Of a DNA stretch of 64,000 bases, positions 38,323-49,888 are shown in pieces. This stretch comes from Trypethelium eluteriae (Eukaryota): assembly GCA_051942245.1 (NCBI GenBank), contig JAVECL010000056.1:1-64000 (forward strand), written 5' to 3'. Position 1 is the stretch's first letter. Each line of letters begins with the position of its first letter. Position numbers and translations under genes: made by a program. The notes beneath the pieces are model-generated. The model did not search any database. It was not told the origin of the DNA and worked only from the letters and a program-made list of their open reading frames with translations.

Positions 38323-39662
38323 GTTGACAGGATGGTTAGTATTGTTGTCTAGATGAGGGTAGAGGCAACATGGAGTGCTACGCAGAAGGATTTGAAATTA
38401 TTGGAGTCAAAATTGTGAAGAATTATTTGCCAAGAAAAGTCGATGGCTTTTGCCCGTGAGAATCGTAGCTACGTATAAAGTGTGGCTGTGACTTGTTTTC
38501 TCGGCGCTCAACCGGCTTCGACCCAATAGATACGGCTGTGTCGGGAAGGCAAAAGGCTCTGGGCACTGCGACGTCAAAAGAAGGAGAGCCAAGAAATTAG
38601 GTCGCAGCATATCCACAGTGCTGAAGATGCTTCAGCATAATGTAGATCGTCCTCATTCAAAATTACATTATGACGTCGACGAGGCAATTTGGTGGTAGGT
38701 GTTGCTGCCTGGGTGTGAGTGGACCGTATGAGGCGGGTCCCCTCCTGCTTGGTGGCTCGGCAACGCCACGTCTTCGCCACGTCTTCACATCTTCAAGCTG
38801 AAAAAACTTAAGTTTGACCCATCGCAACGCAGCTGGATTTAGGTGCACAAATACAACGACCAGGGGTTCACTTCGCTAAAGATCAGCGTCGTTTAGATGC
38901 GAGTCTTTCTTCGTTTGGCCGAGGACAGTTGGTTCTACTTCCGATCAATTCCTTCTCTTCCACTACTGTTCAAGCCGCTCTGGCTTCCGAAACCGATCTT
39001 CCCGCTTTCTATTTCGACCTATGCTCATCTATAATGCAACCTGACAAGAATCATGCAAGGATCTCCCAGGACCAACGATCGATCTCAATGCCATTTTGCA
39101 TTGAAAATCATGGTAAATATAACAGCCAAAAACTTGGCTGTTAATTCTTTACAATGAAAGACATACTCAAGCATGAAAACGCCTGGCAACGATCGCAGCT
39201 CTGTCTAAGAATGCTCCTCTGACTGTCGTGATAGTCATCTTAGATCTCCGTGGGGGTCGACAATTTTAATGATCGTCTTCCTTACGATGCGAAGATGATT
39301 CCCAGAAGTAGACCCATCAAGGCCGCGCGAACGCTGAAAATCAATCCGTTGAGCTGAAGCCTAATTCCCTGAACCGCTTGGAGATCAAATGTGTTACAAC
39401 CAGTACCTTAATGCAAAACTAGCTTCCGCTGATTTGTGATGTAGTGGACGAACGTGGAAACCTGCGACCCCAGTCTGGGATCGAGGCAGGCCACGGTCAA
39501 TGGTCCGAAAAGAGTGAATAGTTCATGATCTTGGACCGACTCCACTGGATACAATCGATGGTTCACAAGAGCTCGGCTTCTACGTCTTTCAGTTCCGAGG
39601 GTCTCCAAATGCTAATGATAACATATATTGAATAGCCCAGCTATTCTCTGTTTAAAATACAT

Positions 39663-40420
39663 CTAAAAACGCTGGGGTTCTCCCTTGACATTATTCCAGC
39701 TATACCAATCGACATCACCGTATGACTCGAGAGACCTTAAAGCCGCTTGGTCCGTTGTTGCAGCGCACTGAACTGGGAATTGTAGTCCTCCTTTCCCACC
39801 TATCAAAGAAGGTGGAATCTGCATTTGAAGCTTTTTATCACCGTTTTGCCCTAGATCAATCTTGCTGAATATTACCGTGTTATCTGTGGTAAAACCTGGA
39901 CCACCCATGTTCTTCAGATACTCATTTCTATTAGGCTCTTTGAGAACAGTGTTAGCACACGTCTTTGAAAGATGTGGAGTACCTCAGCAGGCGTCCGGAC
40001 TGGGCGAATAAGCATCTTACCTCCTTGGTCCCACCATAGCGGCTTATCGCAATCGTTCGGTGGCATCCATGCTTTATTGACCTGATCCCAGGCAGCGGAG
40101 TCTGCCAGTATAGCACAGTACCAAGTTCCTGCAGCCCAATCTCCCAGCTTGGGACTAAGGTAGGAACCCTTACCCGTTTGACTGAGGGTCACCCTGTCCG
40201 GGTCATAGAATAAAGTGTTACCTGCTTTTGCGAATTGATTGATTTGTTTCTGTCATATTGCATTAGCGAGATTCTGATTTGCTGTTGAGGCCCTCCAGAT
40301 TCTCACTATATCGACGGTTCTGTAACCGATAACGATGGGGGCGCGTTTGAGCAACACGTGAGAAGTTACAAGCGGGATGAGAAATGCCAGGAAAGTCCAT
40401 ATTCTCGGACCCTGAAGCAT
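39663..40420 (-). CDS. Small secreted protein with ADP-ribosyltransferase-like motifs
   Basis: Three exons: a signal-like peptide ending in LKR (MLQGPRIWTFLAFLIPLVTSHVLLKR), then APIVIGYRTVD...SQTGKGSYLSPKLGDW..WYCAILAD..KAWMP...LQMQIPP; both introns have canonical GT, branch site and AG. Confidence 0.75.
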
Positions 40421-41342
40421 AGTAGCGTATGGCCTAGAGGAATATCGAAGAGATGGTACCGAATCTACAATATAGAGTAAGTGCGGAGGACCTCAACGAG
40501 TTCCTATATTTAAGAATGGAGTCGGAAGAAACGACACAGCAAGGGCTTTGAGTTTCTAAAAGATATTAGGGAAACTAGTCAGGATTTTAATTTTCTATAT
40601 GTAATTTTCAAGAAGAAGACTCTCTGTCGACTCCTTCTATCGGCGAAGATTCAGGCGTGCTTGGTCCTGATATGCGCCACACGTTACAGCAAGGAGCGTT
40701 GGTCGCACGATACTCTAAATTAGCTGCGGCATGAATGACCGAGTTGGGATCTACAGCGTTGCTGAAATCCCATACTGCCATCTATCATTTCGCTGGAAAA
40801 GCAATTACCGGCAACTATGCTTCGCCCCGAATCGCTTGCATATCTTTTGGTCGTTCAGCCTATCAGTTGAGATTGATCTGCACTCAGCTGTAGTAAAAGA
40901 GATGCGGCTGACACCACGCATTCCATTTACCCTTCTAGACGCATATAACGCAGATTCGGAGGAGGCGAACTGCCTTGTGTGATGCAATACTGCAGTCATT
41001 TTCATCCTGCTCATACAAGAACAGGGAAATCGACACACGAGCAGATTATCACTTGGCCCTCTCCGAATAGAAGAGCGCATGATGTAGGCCTCAAGAGGAC
41101 ACGGTCGTGATATCCATTCATCAAAGATAATGTTCATTTGAAATCCATGTTGGAGTCTAAGTAACATTTCTTGCCATATAATCTTTCATTTCCACAGTCG
41201 AGACAATCGTACCTGCGGGCAGCCATTCTCCTGTGTTAGTTGATTTTAATCTCTTATTTTCTAAACGCTGCATTCTTTGTATCCTGTCATCTTGCTTTTC
41301 CCAACGCTCTTATTTTCTTTTGCTATTTCAACGTTTCTCGCC

Positions 41343-43337
41343 ATGGTCAACAGCGGCACCATTTCGGGGGCGATAATATTGTTTTGCTCCATCAATGCAG
41401 CTACTGCAGGTCAGAGCTTCTTCAACCTCCTGCACCCACGTGGAGCACATTCCAGCAATAGTAGCCTTCCAATTCATAGGAATTCATCTCATTCGAACTC
41501 CACAAGTTCCTTGTTTACAAGTAGTCTTTCAACCTCGACTGGAGCTTCTTCGAGCCAAAACTCTTCCACGACCAGTTCTCGGCATGTAACAAGCTCTACA
41601 AATTCTTCCAGCATCACCACTTCTAGGGCTGCCCCATCGAACAATACGTCTAGCAAGCAGAGCACGACTTCCCAGACATCACCGATAACCACCGTGATAA
41701 CGACGAATGGAAGTACCCAGGTCTCAACACTTTCCACCTCCAATAGCGCATCAGCTCCATCAACAACGGTCTTGACAACGAATGGAAGCACGCAGACATC
41801 GACACTCTCATCAACTGGTAGCAATTCTGGGACATCGAGTGAAATCCCCTCAACTTCGCTGATTGTGTCGACATTTACGACAGGTGGAAGTACTGAAACT
41901 TCGATTCTCTCGACCTCAACCATCTCCTCTTCGAACAGCTCGTCTAGTACCTCGAATGGATCGCGTTCTATATCATTGGTGATATCGACTTCGACAACGG
42001 GTGGAACCACTGGAACCTCAACGCTCTCAACCTCGACCATCTCATCCTCTGGCACCACAGCACCACCAATTATCACGGTAGATTGGAGTAAGATCACAAC
42101 TTCCACAACATCTGGAGTGTCTACGGCAACACATGACTCGCATGGATGGCCAATATTCCCTGTTGCACATTGTTGGTTCTGTCCCCCAATTGGAGGTGGT
42201 GGCGGAGGTTTCGGCATTGTTCTGCCTAATATTAAAGGTCCTGGCATTTTGCCTCCTCCACCAGCTAATATCGAAAAGTCACTTGGGTTTTCAACAAATA
42301 TGCCATCCATTACGTTGGACCCTGAGGGTGATCCCAGCTATCCAACTTCAGAACCGACCAGCTCGCCTACAGACTCTACAACTTCCAGCTCTTCGAGCTC
42401 CTCTTCAAGCTCTTGTACTAGTACTTCTACTGGCTACGACTTGCACATTACTTGCAGCACGGTCACAAGCTCAGGAAGCTCGGTAAGTTGTGAGACATCA
42501 ACAAGTACAACAACGGGATGCGATATTACTACTAGCGCTACAACAACAACAGCGTCTGCTTGTCCCGTAAGCGCTTCAGCAAGTATTAGTTCTCTTTATA
42601 ATAGTGCGCGTTCAGCTGGTATGACTATTTACAGCGGAACAACGTACCCATTAGTCTTCTTCCCGACAGATCTCTCAGACTCAGCGACATTCTCCGCTCC
42701 AACGATTGGAAGTTTCTCTTCAATGCCATCATCTACTGGATCTTCATCCACGTCTGGCAGCTCGAGTCTCGCATCCAGCACAGGCAGTTCCACGTCTAGC
42801 ACGTCTAGCTCATCTTCCAGTACTTCTAGCTCCTCGTCCAGTACTTCTGGCTCTTCGTCCAGCCAATCCACTGCCTCATCCAGCTCATCTACCCAAGCGC
42901 CTCCATCTTCAACTTCAGCAGCGCCTACACCAACTGCGACCTGGACACTTGCAGGATACAGTGGTGAAAACTGCAACAACGACAACGACTTCACTTACTA
43001 CGTTCTAGAGGGCTACGAGGCGCAGAGCCCCGACGAGACATGCTTTGCAATCAAGAGCGATTTACCGACGAATTCCGAAACGAATAATACCTGTGCATGG
43101 TTCACGGATGAAGGCGCAAACGGTCCAAGTTCGTGTACCAATGTCGGTTTCAACCAACCCGGCTCGTTCACCATATCAGGCGGCTTCTGCACCATCTATT
43201 CGAACACCGATTGCACAGGAGATAGTAACGGGGTAGATAACTTCGAGTATACTGGCTGTACAACACCCAAGAGCGCATATGCAGATCTGGGGACCTGGGG
43301 ATCCATGAAATGTTTTGCTAACGGAGCCAAAAAGTAG
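41343..43337 (+). CDS. Secreted Ser/Thr-rich (mucin/adhesin-like) protein with Cys-rich C-terminal domain
   Basis: Likely start ATG 41343 with signal-like peptide MVNSGTISGAIILFCSINAATAG; long S/T stalks, a central HCWFCPPIGGGGGGFGIVLP..PGILPPPP motif and a roughly 130-aa Cys-rich tail; no GPI-type hydrophobic end. Confidence 0.85.
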   Translation: MVNSGTISGAIILFCSINAATAGQSFFNLLHPRGAHSSNSSLPIHRNSSHSNSTSSLFTSSLSTSTGASSSQNSSTTSSRHVTSSTNSSSITTSRAAPSNNTSSKQSTTSQTSPITTVITTNGSTQVSTLSTSNSASAPSTTVLTTNGSTQTSTLSSTGSNSGTSSEIPSTSLIVSTFTTGGSTETSILSTSTISSSNSSSSTSNGSRSISLVISTSTTGGTTGTSTLSTSTISSSGTTAPPIITVDWSKITTSTTSGVSTATHDSHGWPIFPVAHCWFCPPIGGGGGGFGIVLPNIKGPGILPPPPANIEKSLGFSTNMPSITLDPEGDPSYPTSEPTSSPTDSTTSSSSSSSSSSCTSTSTGYDLHITCSTVTSSGSSVSCETSTSTTTGCDITTSATTTTASACPVSASASISSLYNSARSAGMTIYSGTTYPLVFFPTDLSDSATFSAPTIGSFSSMPSSTGSSSTSGSSSLASSTGSSTSSTSSSSSSTSSSSSSTSGSSSSQSTASSSSSTQAPPSSTSAAPTPTATWTLAGYSGENCNNDNDFTYYVLEGYEAQSPDETCFAIKSDLPTNSETNNTCAWFTDEGANGPSSCTNVGFNQPGSFTISGGFCTIYSNTDCTGDSNGVDNFEYTGCTTPKSAYADLGTWGSMKCFANGAKK

Positions 43338-43800
43338 CCCGAGATGACTAGTTATACAAGTGAACAATAATTTGACGGATGAATAGGAACAAAATTAAAA
43401 TTTCCTCCTGGAGGTGTCATGCCCTTCAAGCAATGACATTCGTAGCAATTGGTGTAGGCCCAAGTAGTAGAAGACTTTGCAGGTAGGAAAGCGATGGACG
43501 TCGGTGTCATATTGTACCCGTTGAGCATAGAGTAAGTGGGAGCACTATACCCCTTGAAATCAGAGAGGCTTGGACGGTGGGTCGAGGAGCTTCCGGCACG
43601 TATCATAATTTCCACCAATCTTTGGAGCCCAACTTTAGGATCCCTACAACAGTCGCGTAAACTTGACAACATTTTCTCCAAAATGACTCGATGGTGGATA
43701 GTTCCCAGAAGTGGGACACAAGGTAGAACTTAACAAATCTTGAGTACGGTCACCCGAGTTTGGACAAGATCCGGGCTCCCTGTTAGCAAGACGGAGCGTA

Positions 43801-43904
43801 GCTGAGCACGACTGAGCACGGCTGAGCAGAGCACAAGCTGTGGCAGTGTGGGCGTGAGCGCAGTTGAGCCAGAGGTGAGCCGGGGATGATCTGGCTGAGT
43901 CGGC
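43801..43904. repeat. Cluster of TGAGC motifs including a 10-bp tandem triplet; possible mobile-element remnant
   Basis: GCTGAGCACG-ACTGAGCACG-GCTGAGCAGA at 43801-43830, plus further TGAGC/TGAGT copies up to 43904. Confidence 0.55.
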
Positions 43905-43974
43905 GGGCTGATACCACTAACCGAGTTGGGTGTACGGAGAGGTCATTTTGTAAGGGAACATACCGCCTGCTTTC

Positions 43975-44910
43975 CTGCTTGCTGATGGCCGTCGATTCAC
44001 CGTGCTCAAGGAAGTCATCCTTTCAGCTGGGGCTATCCGCACACCTTAGATCTTGATGTTGTCGGGTATTGGCCCTCACGATACGTTGGTTAAGCATAGC
44101 ATATCCGAGGTACAAGTGTATGCTCAAGGTGGTCAGAATCTATTCGACCACTTTAGTTTGGTCATGACTTTTAAGCTCTGAAACCCATCCAAAGGTCTTG
44201 CCCTTGGTAGTCCAAAACTCACCGACCCGGCTTTATTCAAAGGTCTTCCATGCGATTGGATCATCAATGATACAGTTCCTGCTGAAATTCTTGAGGACGC
44301 ACTGGATAAAGAAACACAAATTGAAAACTCATTTGCGCATTCCCTTCTTCAACGGGGTCGACCCCATGTCGAGCAACTAGTTTGCTACGCTCCTTTGGGC
44401 GTGCCTGGTATTCCCACGGATGGTAGTCATGTCGCTGTATCTACGATGCTCCTGTTGCCAACATCTCGTGGAAGCATCAATCTTGCTTCTGCCAGTCCTA
44501 ATGATCCTCCCATGATCGACTCCAACTACTATGCCACATCAACTGACCAACAAGTACTTATCTGGGCTTCTCGCCGAGCTCTGAAACTTATGCTCTTGTC
44601 ATCCGCTCTCCGTGATGAAATTGAGGCTGAGTCTCCACCGCAAACCGAAGGCCTGTCACTTGAGCCGCTCACACCCGACGTACCAGATTCCGTAATCGAT
44701 GATCGCATCCGGAAGACGGGCGTTCAGCACCATCATTCGGGGGGAGCCGCGGCTATCGGGAGTATTACAGACACAGAATGTCGGGTTAAAGGAGTAAAGG
44801 GTTTAAGGATAGCTGATGCGAGTGTCGTCCCCGTAACTATCGGGGGCCATCCACAGAGCACTTTATATGCAATGGCCGAGCAAGTGGCTGATATGATCAT
44901 ACGAAGTTGA
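43975..44910 (+). pseudogene. GMC oxidoreductase pseudogene (C-terminal half only)
   Basis: One frame reads KEVILSAGAIRTP*ILMLSGIGP...GQNLFDH...FKL*NP...PTSRGSINLAS...HHHSGGAAIG...RVKGVKGLRIADASVVP...GHPQSTLYAMAEQVAD. Stops at 44047 (TAG) and 44179 (TGA); no N-terminal GxGxxG half upstream. Confidence 0.9.
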
Positions 44911-47066
44911 AGCGTTGTAAATGAAGTAGTCGAATAACAAGCGGACAGAACCTAAAGTTCGGATTAAACATTCTGAGATCTATGCCTTCCACGCACTCTG
45001 TACACATGCTTACGCAGTTGATGGGAAGCATTCCAAGATGAGTGTGCCATCCGGAAGTTTCGATTGTTTGGAGTTTGAGTGCTTTCGTGATTGGCAGACT
45101 GTAGTCTAGTGAATGTGAAGGGACCGAGGGTACCTAATGCAGAAGCATTGGATCACTGGAATCGGGACCAGCGTTCTTCAGACATGAACGTAGCGATCTC
45201 GATGAGCCTGCTTTCTGTGTTTTGTTGATGGTCGGGATGGCGAAAAAGATGAATGAGGGATGCTACAAAGTGGATTAGCAGACTGATCAACTGATGCATG
45301 ATCGAATGACACAAGATTTCGCTCCGTCCTCTAGACAGCCTTAGAAGCTATATTTCTTTATTCTCTCGGATTAGTCTGTGAGGTTTCTCTTGCCGCAAAG
45401 CTCTCCCACTTAGATTCCTCAGACTGACATGATACACTGACACTTTTCACTCGCAGCCTTGAGGATAGGTATTTAGAGGTTCTCCCTTCTTCAAATTATA
45501 CCACTGCAATTGTAAGGCATCGAGATTTTCGCAGAAGGTAAATCAACCAGTTTATTTTAGCTGTGTTTGGAATGACAACTTTTTTATTATTTCGATTTGG
45601 ACTGCTCAGCTCCTTTCCCACCCGATTATTAGCCATATGTATGCACTCGAGCCCAGGAAATGAGACCAGTGGCTGCAGTTGACAGAAAGGTATTCGCAAT
45701 AGGAGGCTCGTAAATCGACCAGAGAACGCCCACTGGTAGAAGCGCACAGAACACAGGCGACTGTAAGACAGAATGACCAAGGATCGGCTTAAATGAAAAC
45801 CACTGGTCTGCGAAAGAGAGGATGGTGGCTTGAAGAAGCGCGTTTTCAAAATCGATGGCTAGGATGACGACCAACGTCAATTCGAGGCTCTGCCGCAACT
45901 CTGAACAGTTGGCTTCCCTTAGCAGAGAGCTTTTGGATGAGATTCTGTTTGGGTTGAGATAAATGTTGACATTAGCTTTCAGGTGACAGAAAGGGGCTTC
46001 ACGAGACACCGTTTCCCGCAAAGAGGCAAGACAAGTCCCAATGATACCGGGGTGGGAATTGTTGAAGATTGTCACGCGAGTAGTGAGGGAGGATCGTATA
46101 ATGTAGCAAACACCAGTGTTGTGCCGTGTCACTACACCCAATACGTCTATCAAAACGAGCTCAACATAGAGATATGGCAGCTCGGACTATTCTGGTGTGT
46201 AGTTTGGCTGATGATCTCAATGTTATACGATCAACTAGTATATCTTGCAAGCCAGAGCACCGCAAGCATCCAGCTGCATAAGAAACACTCGAAGCTGCCG
46301 AAGGCCGGTCATTAAGGCAAAGAGCATTCAAACAAATCTGAAGCCGACGATCACAGCTAGATAGGAAATCTCAGCCTGTGGAGTCTAGCAACTCGATCTC
46401 GGAATCTGTCCCCTGAAGATAGCCGTGTGACGGCTGCCAGCCGAATAAGCTCTGCTCAGAGAGTGCTTTCGTTGAAATTGCTCAGGACAGGGTATGTCGA
46501 CACTTTTGGGCTGAGCTATCTCCTGAAGTAGCTAGACTGAGTGTTTATCTTCAGGTGAGTCTATGCCCATTCAGGAGCTTAATCCTCTGATTGGAAAGCT
46601 GCAGAAAGACAAGGCACCTGATCGTGTTGAGCGACCTCAAAAGCCTCCTGAGGTGGGTCCCCTCGAATCCCCTGTGACAGTTTAGCCCATTCGCAACGAC
46701 ACTTCCCTGTGCCTTGCACAGGGAGGCAGATTGCCTCGATCATCGTACCGCACACCATAGTACATAAGCTCCTGTCAGTATCCTTTTTGAGCTCCGCGCG
46801 CTTTCCTCTTTCCTGCAAACCAACAACTTCATACATTTTACCAAAGAGATCACACAGTCCATAAAAATCTCCAGTAAGCAATTGTATCATTTGTCCTCAA
46901 TTATACGACTTTGTTATCGTGGATCATCAAGCTGCCTGCTTTCAAGAAAGCCACAACGACAAGCAAACAGAGGCATTGTCAAAGTGGACTCCACTCTTCT
47001 TGCAGCGACCAAACAAGAAAATACTTTGACCTTTCTGACTCTTGATTCAGTAGACGTCATCGGAAA

Positions 47067-48294
47067 ATGCCTTGCGATAATGGAAACCACCCGGTCCATG
47101 TGTGGCCGGAAACTGGAGATCCATTTCTGTTATTCTCTTGCGAGGATAAGTGTGTTATACCCGGCTGCAAATACCAACAGGAACCATGCGAGCGACTATG
47201 TAAACATATACGCGAGGACCATCCCGAAATGGAAGTGTTCTCCAGCACCTATATGTAGTAAGTAGACTGTTTCTAACATCTACCCTCCAGCTGATGACAG
47301 GACCGAAATCCGATCTTTCTTTTGCCTTCATGTCGATGCGCAGTGGAGGGAAGAGCTAATAGTCTTGGATTGTAGTACCCACCATGACCCCAGCCGCGAC
47401 CCACCCCACTCCGACGAGGAGAGTGCAGTGATAACACTGTGGCGACGACGCCAAGAGTCTCCTCGTGAAGGTCCCCAGCCAAACGGTAAATTCGCAGAGC
47501 CAATGTGTTCGAAGTGCGGCGAACACATCGCTCCATGGCATAATAAGCCAGACGGTCTCATCCAATGCACAAAGTGCTTGAACTTTTTTCATTGCCTATG
47601 CCATCAACCTATGGTTGCAACCATCGGAGGCATCCTGGTTCGAGGTACATGGAAGTGCTCGGACTGCACGAGTTCACCATCATCTTCAGATCCCTCTCCA
47701 GCGCCGAAAAGGCCCAGCCTCAAAATTCTTTCCTCACGACGACCTCCAAAAGTACTTGCTACGATTCAAGAAGCCACTGCAGAAGTGCAAAGCGCCTCTA
47801 TGCAGAGCTCACCCTGTGTCTCCACATCAGATCAAGATTCTGAAGCAGACAGGCTCTTTGAACAAGATATACGCCGAGCAATTGCCAACTCTCTGGAGAC
47901 GTCTGGTGGGGTTGATCCTGGAGTCGGTAGCTCCAAAGGAGTCCGCTTCAGCAACTATGTCGAAGTATTCTCGCCGGAGCGGAAGAGCAGTATAGATCCA
48001 TGGGCGCAAGTTTCTCGGGCGGCACTTGCAGGAGTGTCAACGAAGGTGGCGGAAGATAAGCTCATGCAGCAGGCGATTGAAGCCTCCCGGAAAGAAATAA
48101 TCAAGCAGCCGGATGACGAAGAGATGGAAGAAACCTCTGAGATTGAGATGGACACCGAAGAAATTGAATCGATCGACGATGTCCCAGAGTTGGAAACCGA
48201 TGTGGAAGAAGAAGAGAAGCAAGTTGAAGACGAAAATGACGAATTCGAACGCTCCGAGAAGTGGAAGGGCAAGCAGCCGATGAGAGATAGTTGA
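47067..48294 (+). CDS. C2H2 zinc finger - PHD finger - 2x UIM protein
   Basis: Exon 47067-47257 has CVIPGC-x12-HIREDH. Intron 47258-47375 (GTAAGT...GCTAAT...TAG) joins it in frame to a C4HC3 PHD (CSKC...CTKC...HCLC...WKCSDC), UIM-like EQDIRRAIANSLE and EDKLMQQAIEASRKE, and an acidic tail. Confidence 0.75.
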
Positions 48295-48807
48295 TAATTC
48301 GACAATAACGAGAAAGGTTGGTATGCCGTGGCATTCTGATTCAGGGGAAGGCTAGTGATGTAATGATTCTACTATGGTCATGGTGTTCACCAGACAGATG
48401 CTGTGTCTGGGTGGGAAATGTGGCACTGAACTAAGAACGTAGTGGAAGAAGCATCACAGCCTACCTCATGCTCCTGTATTCGCAGAAAGATTGATCGCTG
48501 ATCCGAAAGCCCAGGTCTTCATGTCTGCTCGAACGTCAAGTTAGCTTCCCATCGGTATAGACGTGGTATTCTTCGAACGATGATGAAGTGGGTTCAGACA
48601 GGCCTTTGTTTCTATCTACAGATTGAGATTCGAGATTTCAACAACGTTCGATATGTGAAGCATCATGGTTGGAATGAGTACCAAAACAATAAGCGTTAGG
48701 ACTTACTGAGAGAGAGCATAGCCTATCCTTGAGCAGACTCTCGCGAGTTATATTCGTTTGAGACTGCCTCCAAGAGCCGACCTTTTTAAGGAGTGTTTTG
48801 TATCTTA

Positions 48808-49888
48808 TCATCTCTCATTCAAAGCCGCAAGTATACTATTTGGGTACACCCGATCAGCAATACAGGAGTTGCCATCTGTACGGAGAATGCCAATGTGAAC
48901 GACGAAGCTTGGTTTTCGAAGCTCTTCGCTCAACAAGCGCTCTGGTACTCGCCAGACATGGAATGTTCGGATAAAGCTCTTCATGAATGTTTCGAAAACA
49001 TCTTCAGATCGAAGCTGCTGGGCAATAACACAGAGTGTGGTGGGCGAAGTTTGATGAGACCGAAATCTGCAAATGTCTGCACAAGTCCTAATGAACGGCT
49101 CGACAAGAGATTCGTTGTAAATGCAATCGACTGCAAAAATCATGGAGGCATCTTTCAACTCGGAAAGTCCAACAGCAGAGTCAGTTTCCCAATCGAGCTT
49201 CCTTATTTTCCAGTCAGCATCTGACACTGCAAAAGAGCTTGTCCGTCTGTCGGCCTCATTGCATTTCCGACGTGCTCCGCTGCGCTTACGGGCCTGGAAT
49301 ACATGGACATTCGCTTCAACATTGCGATAAAGATGCTGGAGGATGTATTGCTGATCAGTTGCGATATACTGGCCAACCAATGGGGCTATGGCAAGAAGGA
49401 CAACACCTGCGACACCGCAGCCAAGCTCTACAACCTTGGAGTGAGGACCTATGACGCCGTGGGTGAAGAGAGGGTTCATCACATTTGAGGCAAACCAATC
49501 TGCAAACAGAGGGCTTATCCTCCACAGGACTGCAAACGAACCTTCAGCAGGAAGAAACAACGAGGCAAGTATAGCCTATGCAGGTAAGCGTACCTGCTCC
49601 AGTCGTCCCCTCGGCACGATTTGAGACTAAGAGGTTTGGAAATTGTTTAATGATCAGATCCTTACCAGCCACATGAATGTCTAGTTCATCTACTTTGGGG
49701 TTGATGAAGCCGAGGTCCCCAGACGAGTCAGAACTGCAGCTGGATAGGCGTGAATAGAGGAGGAATGTCTCTGCTCAGGTGACTGATGAGCCACCGAGGC
49801 AGCAGCAACGGCAAAAGCAACATATGAATTACTTGCCTTCTTCTGCATCAGCCACTTCGTTGCCCAAGTCCGCAACCAACGTGTCCAT
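48808..49888 (-). CDS. RKM5: Seven-beta-strand lysine methyltransferase, Rkm5-like
   Basis: Exon 1 MDTLVADLGNEVADAEE, GC-AG intron 49836-49771, then ETFLLYS...KQFPNLLVSNRAEGTTGA, a second intron, then VLWRISPLFADW...VVELGCGVAG...ATDQ...LDWE...DCIYNESLV...AQQLRSEDV. Confidence 0.8.

Noticed and set aside
43741..43945. Terminal inverted repeats of a MITE
   Set aside because: The ends show only a loose partial match and no clear target-site duplication.
44047..44181. RNA-editing rescue of the GMC stops
   Set aside because: There are two stops, editing would put Trp at the conserved Gln of TPQ, and the N-terminal half is missing; ordinary pseudogenisation fits better.
45496..46890. Several overlapping 100-170 aa ORFs
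   Set aside because: Non-ATG or weak starts and no recognisable domain; possibly decayed coding DNA but not assignable.
49710..49799. Two CCGAGG (FarA-like) sites about 0.5 kb upstream of FAA1
   Set aside because: Six-mers inside the neighbouring gene are expected by chance; unsupported without conservation data.
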